Shown one piece after another: positions 60,851 to 64,000 of a DNA stretch of 64,000 nucleotides. Where the stretch lies: positions 9,672,001-9,736,000 of the forward strand of contig CM075984.1 of the NCBI GenBank assembly GCA_038087875.1, written 5' to 3'. Position 1 is the first letter of the stretch; every line of letters starts with the position of its first letter. This DNA is from Malacoraja senta. Its lineage: Eukaryota. The position numbers and the translations under genes are program-made. The notes beneath the pieces are model-generated. The model was not told where the DNA came from. It was given only the letters and a program-made list of their open reading frames with translations, and searched no databases.

Positions 60851-63800
60851 GCTTTGGAGGTGTGTTAATGTGTATACTGCAGAGCATGGATTAAATAGAG
60901 GAATAGGAGTGATAGTTTTGCCCTGTGATCTGGCATAAACTCGATGGGCTGAATAGCCTCCTTCTATGTGGTGAGAAAATATGAGAATGATAATGCACAC
61001 AGCCCACTCCTGTTCCTACCTATTATGTTTGCACATTATGGTTGGCCTTTTCGCCTCATTTTCAGTTTGACTGTCTGTTTGGGACTGTGCTGACTCGGTT
61101 CCATTGTTAACCTGTGTGTCATAGCCAGAAATTAAAGGTTCAATGGTATTTTATTGCCACATGTACCTAGCTACGGAAAAATTACGTACAATTTTTATGT
61201 AGAGTTCTGTAACAATTCATTATACACAATCATACTTAGCACAAGATAGTTACAATTACATAGTACACAAGAGTCGCCACTTTTTAAGCACTGTCTTGTA
61301 CACTTCAAGTTCAGAGATGTGAGTCTTAACTTGTCTTAACTTGGCCATGAAGGCCTGTTGTCCTGTAGGCGGCGTTGGGTTGGTGTTGCAGGGGACGGCC
61401 TGGGCCGGGCGATACTACCGGTGACTTTCACCACTGCTCCACCGCTCCCTGCCGCTGCAGGCTATGTCTGATCCACGCACTCAGCGATTTGGAGCGGCGC
61501 CCGATCTAAACGGAACTGAACTGAACTGGCTGATATATTCGAGAACCATTGGTCTAGGATGATCTACAGCCCAGAGTTCTGACAGAGGTGGCTTTGTATA
61601 CAGTGGGTGCTCTTGTTATCATCTTACTTTAGAGATACAGTGTGGAAAAAGGCCCTTCGGCCCGCCAAGTCCATGCCATCCAACGATCACCCGAACACTG
61701 GTTCAAAGGTCAAAGGTCAAAGGTATTTTATTTGTCACATTCACATACACCCAGGTGTAGTGAAGTGAAATGCTTCTTGCCATTTTTGCAGCACACAAAA
61801 AAAAGAGAATACAGACATAACACCAATAAGAGTCTTAAACACAAAAAACATCCCCCCCACAATGGCTCCCACCATGAGGGAAGGCACAAAGTCCAGTCCC
61901 CAACCCCAGTTCACCCATAGTCGGGCCCATTGAGGCCTCCACAGTTGCCTCTACGGAGGCCCGATGTTCCAGGCCATTCTCGCCGGGTGATGTTCCTCCG
62001 GCGTCGGGAGAGTCCTCCCAGCGGCCTGGGAATCCTGGAACGGCCGCTTCTGCACTGGAGGCCGCGGTTTCCGAAGCCAACAAGGCCGCGCCGGTTGGAG
62101 CTCCACAACTGGCGATCTCATCTAGAGATCCCAGGCTCCCGGTGTAAAGTTCAGCGCCACCGCCCGCAGCTGGTCGCTCCACAGTCCCGCAGCTCCGCGA
62201 TGTTTTCCCCAGCGATCCTCAGCTCACCGGAGCTCCAGCGCGGCGACCCGGGCAAGGCATCGCCCGCTCCGCGATAGCGCTCCAGCGCTGTGCCGCCGCC
62301 AAAGCCGAGGTTCTGGGTGGTCCCCGACAGGAAACGCCGCTCCAGGCCCGCTGGTAGGCCGCGAGGACGGGTCGAAGCTGCAGCCTGGAGAAAAGCTGCC
62401 TCTCCGACCAGGTAGGGACCCTGAAAGGTAGTTTCCCCCTTCCCCACCCCCCACCCCCCACATAAAAAAGTCTAGACCTCCAAACAAAACACTTAACTAA
62501 CTAAAATAAAAAATAAAAAGATGAAGAGACAGACAGCTGCTGGCTGGGCAGCCATGCACAGGACAGCGCCCCCTAGAGCGCTGTCCTGCACACTAGGGAC
62601 AATTCTATAGAAGCCAATTAGCCAATAAGCTTACATGTCTCTGGAATGTGGGTAGAAACTGGAGCACCTGGAGAAAACCCACACAGTCACAGGGAGAACG
62701 TACAAACTCCGCACAGACAGCACCCATAATCAGGATGGAACCTAGATCTCTGGTGCTGTAAGGCAGCAACTCGACCTCTGCACCACTGTGCCGCATCTTT
62801 CATGTTTCTATAGAGTCTGGAATTGATCCTGTGTGTTGGAGAGTGGCAATTGTGACCCGGCCATTTAACAAAAGAGGGGGAGAGAAAGTAGGGAACAACT
62901 GACCTGGTGGTTAACATCAGTGGTAACAATCAATGCTAGAATCTATGATGAAAAGAATAATTAGATTGACTAGATACATCATGTTAAATCTACTGGATTT
63001 CTTTGAGGATATGACCGGTTGATCAGATAAGAGAGAAACAGCGACTGGGTTGTACTGTATTTTCAGAAGGCTTTTGATGAACTCCAATGTGGGTGGTTGG
63101 CAATTCACGCAATAAGTGTAATGCAGCAGTGCAGATAGAGAATAGGCACAGTTTGAGAATATGTCGGGCCATTTAGGACTAGATGAGAAAAACATTCTTC
63201 ATTCAGAGGGACGTGACCCTTTGGAATTCTCTACCCAGGAAGGCTGCAGAGGCTGATTGATAGATTTCTGGAGATTATGAGAATCAAACGGTACAATGAT
63301 AGGACTGGACATGGTACTGAGATAGAAGTTCAGTCATGACCTGCCTCTATTTGTGTTTTGTGCTGCAGAAGAGCAGCGTAACTCAGTTCCAGTGACTTGG
63401 GTTCCATTTTGCTCTCTGTGGGGAACCTTCCACGAGCACATCCTCCCTGTGACTGTGTGGGTTCCTCACACTCGATCAGGTTTTCAACCGCCTGCTGTTG
63501 AGTGGTTGTTGTCACTGTAAATTAGCCTGTGTGTGAGGGGAGGTAAAAACATTGAAGAATGGGGTGGGTGGGAGCAAAGAGTGTTCACAAGTTCACAAGT
63601 TATAGGAGTAGAATTACGCCATTCGGCCCATCAAGTCTACTCAGCCATTCAATCATGGCTGATCTCTGCCGCCTAATCCCATTTTCCTGCCTTCTCGCCA
63701 TAACCCCTGACTCCCGTATTAAGCAAGAATCTATCTTTCTCTGCCTTAAGAATGTCCGTTGACTTGGCCCCCACAGCCCTCTGTGGCAATGAGTTCCACA

Positions 63801-64000
63801 GATTAACTACCCTCTGATAAGGGAAGAAGATAAGACTTTATTGCCTTCCATCACAGTGCGCTGTAGTGGATGTTTATGTTAATTTTTATGTAGTTGTGTG
63901 TCTTGTTGCTTTTTTGGTATCTCTATGGTCAAATTCCTATCAAATTCCTTATATGTTCTTACATACTTGGCTAATAAATTATTTATATCTTGTATCGTGC

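Larger units (their letters stand above)
58525..64000 (+). repeat. Near-identical tandem duplication (58525-58928 = 61507-61911; 59129-60058 = 63071-64000)
   Basis: Direct comparison shows only about 3 differences in the first block and none noticed in the second. Confidence 0.95.

Overview
Vertebrate nuclear DNA, most likely an elasmobranch (skate/ray). This is inferred from the HE1-type tRNA SINEs, CR1, Rex/Babar and Penelope repeats that fill most of the window. Host genes, both on the minus strand: (1) the 5' half of a mul1a-type mitochondrial E3 ligase gene (coding exons 4540-4656 and 2118-2205), with a ZNF143/THAP11-NRF1 CpG promoter at about 8.1-8.6 kb; (2) an RTP-family 3CxxC zinc-finger gene that is only partly visible in the ORF track (coding exons 26047-26219 and 21840-22169). 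It has no TM anchor, a 1-nt frame break at about 21958-21973, and a probable interferon-inducible promoter (ISRE+GAS+ISRE) at 34.87-35.08 kb. Other elements: three Helitron-like elements, one of which appears to carry a captured, internally deleted SAC3D1/SAC3-GANP gene fragment; two degenerate Gypsy LTR elements (CsRn1-like and Mag/SURL-like); a Tx1 LINE; a Harbinger MITE; Penelope fragments with minimal hammerhead-ribozyme motifs; two N gaps; and a near-identical 3-4 kb duplication at the right end that may be an assembly artefact. All homology calls come from motif recall and manual translation; no searches were run.
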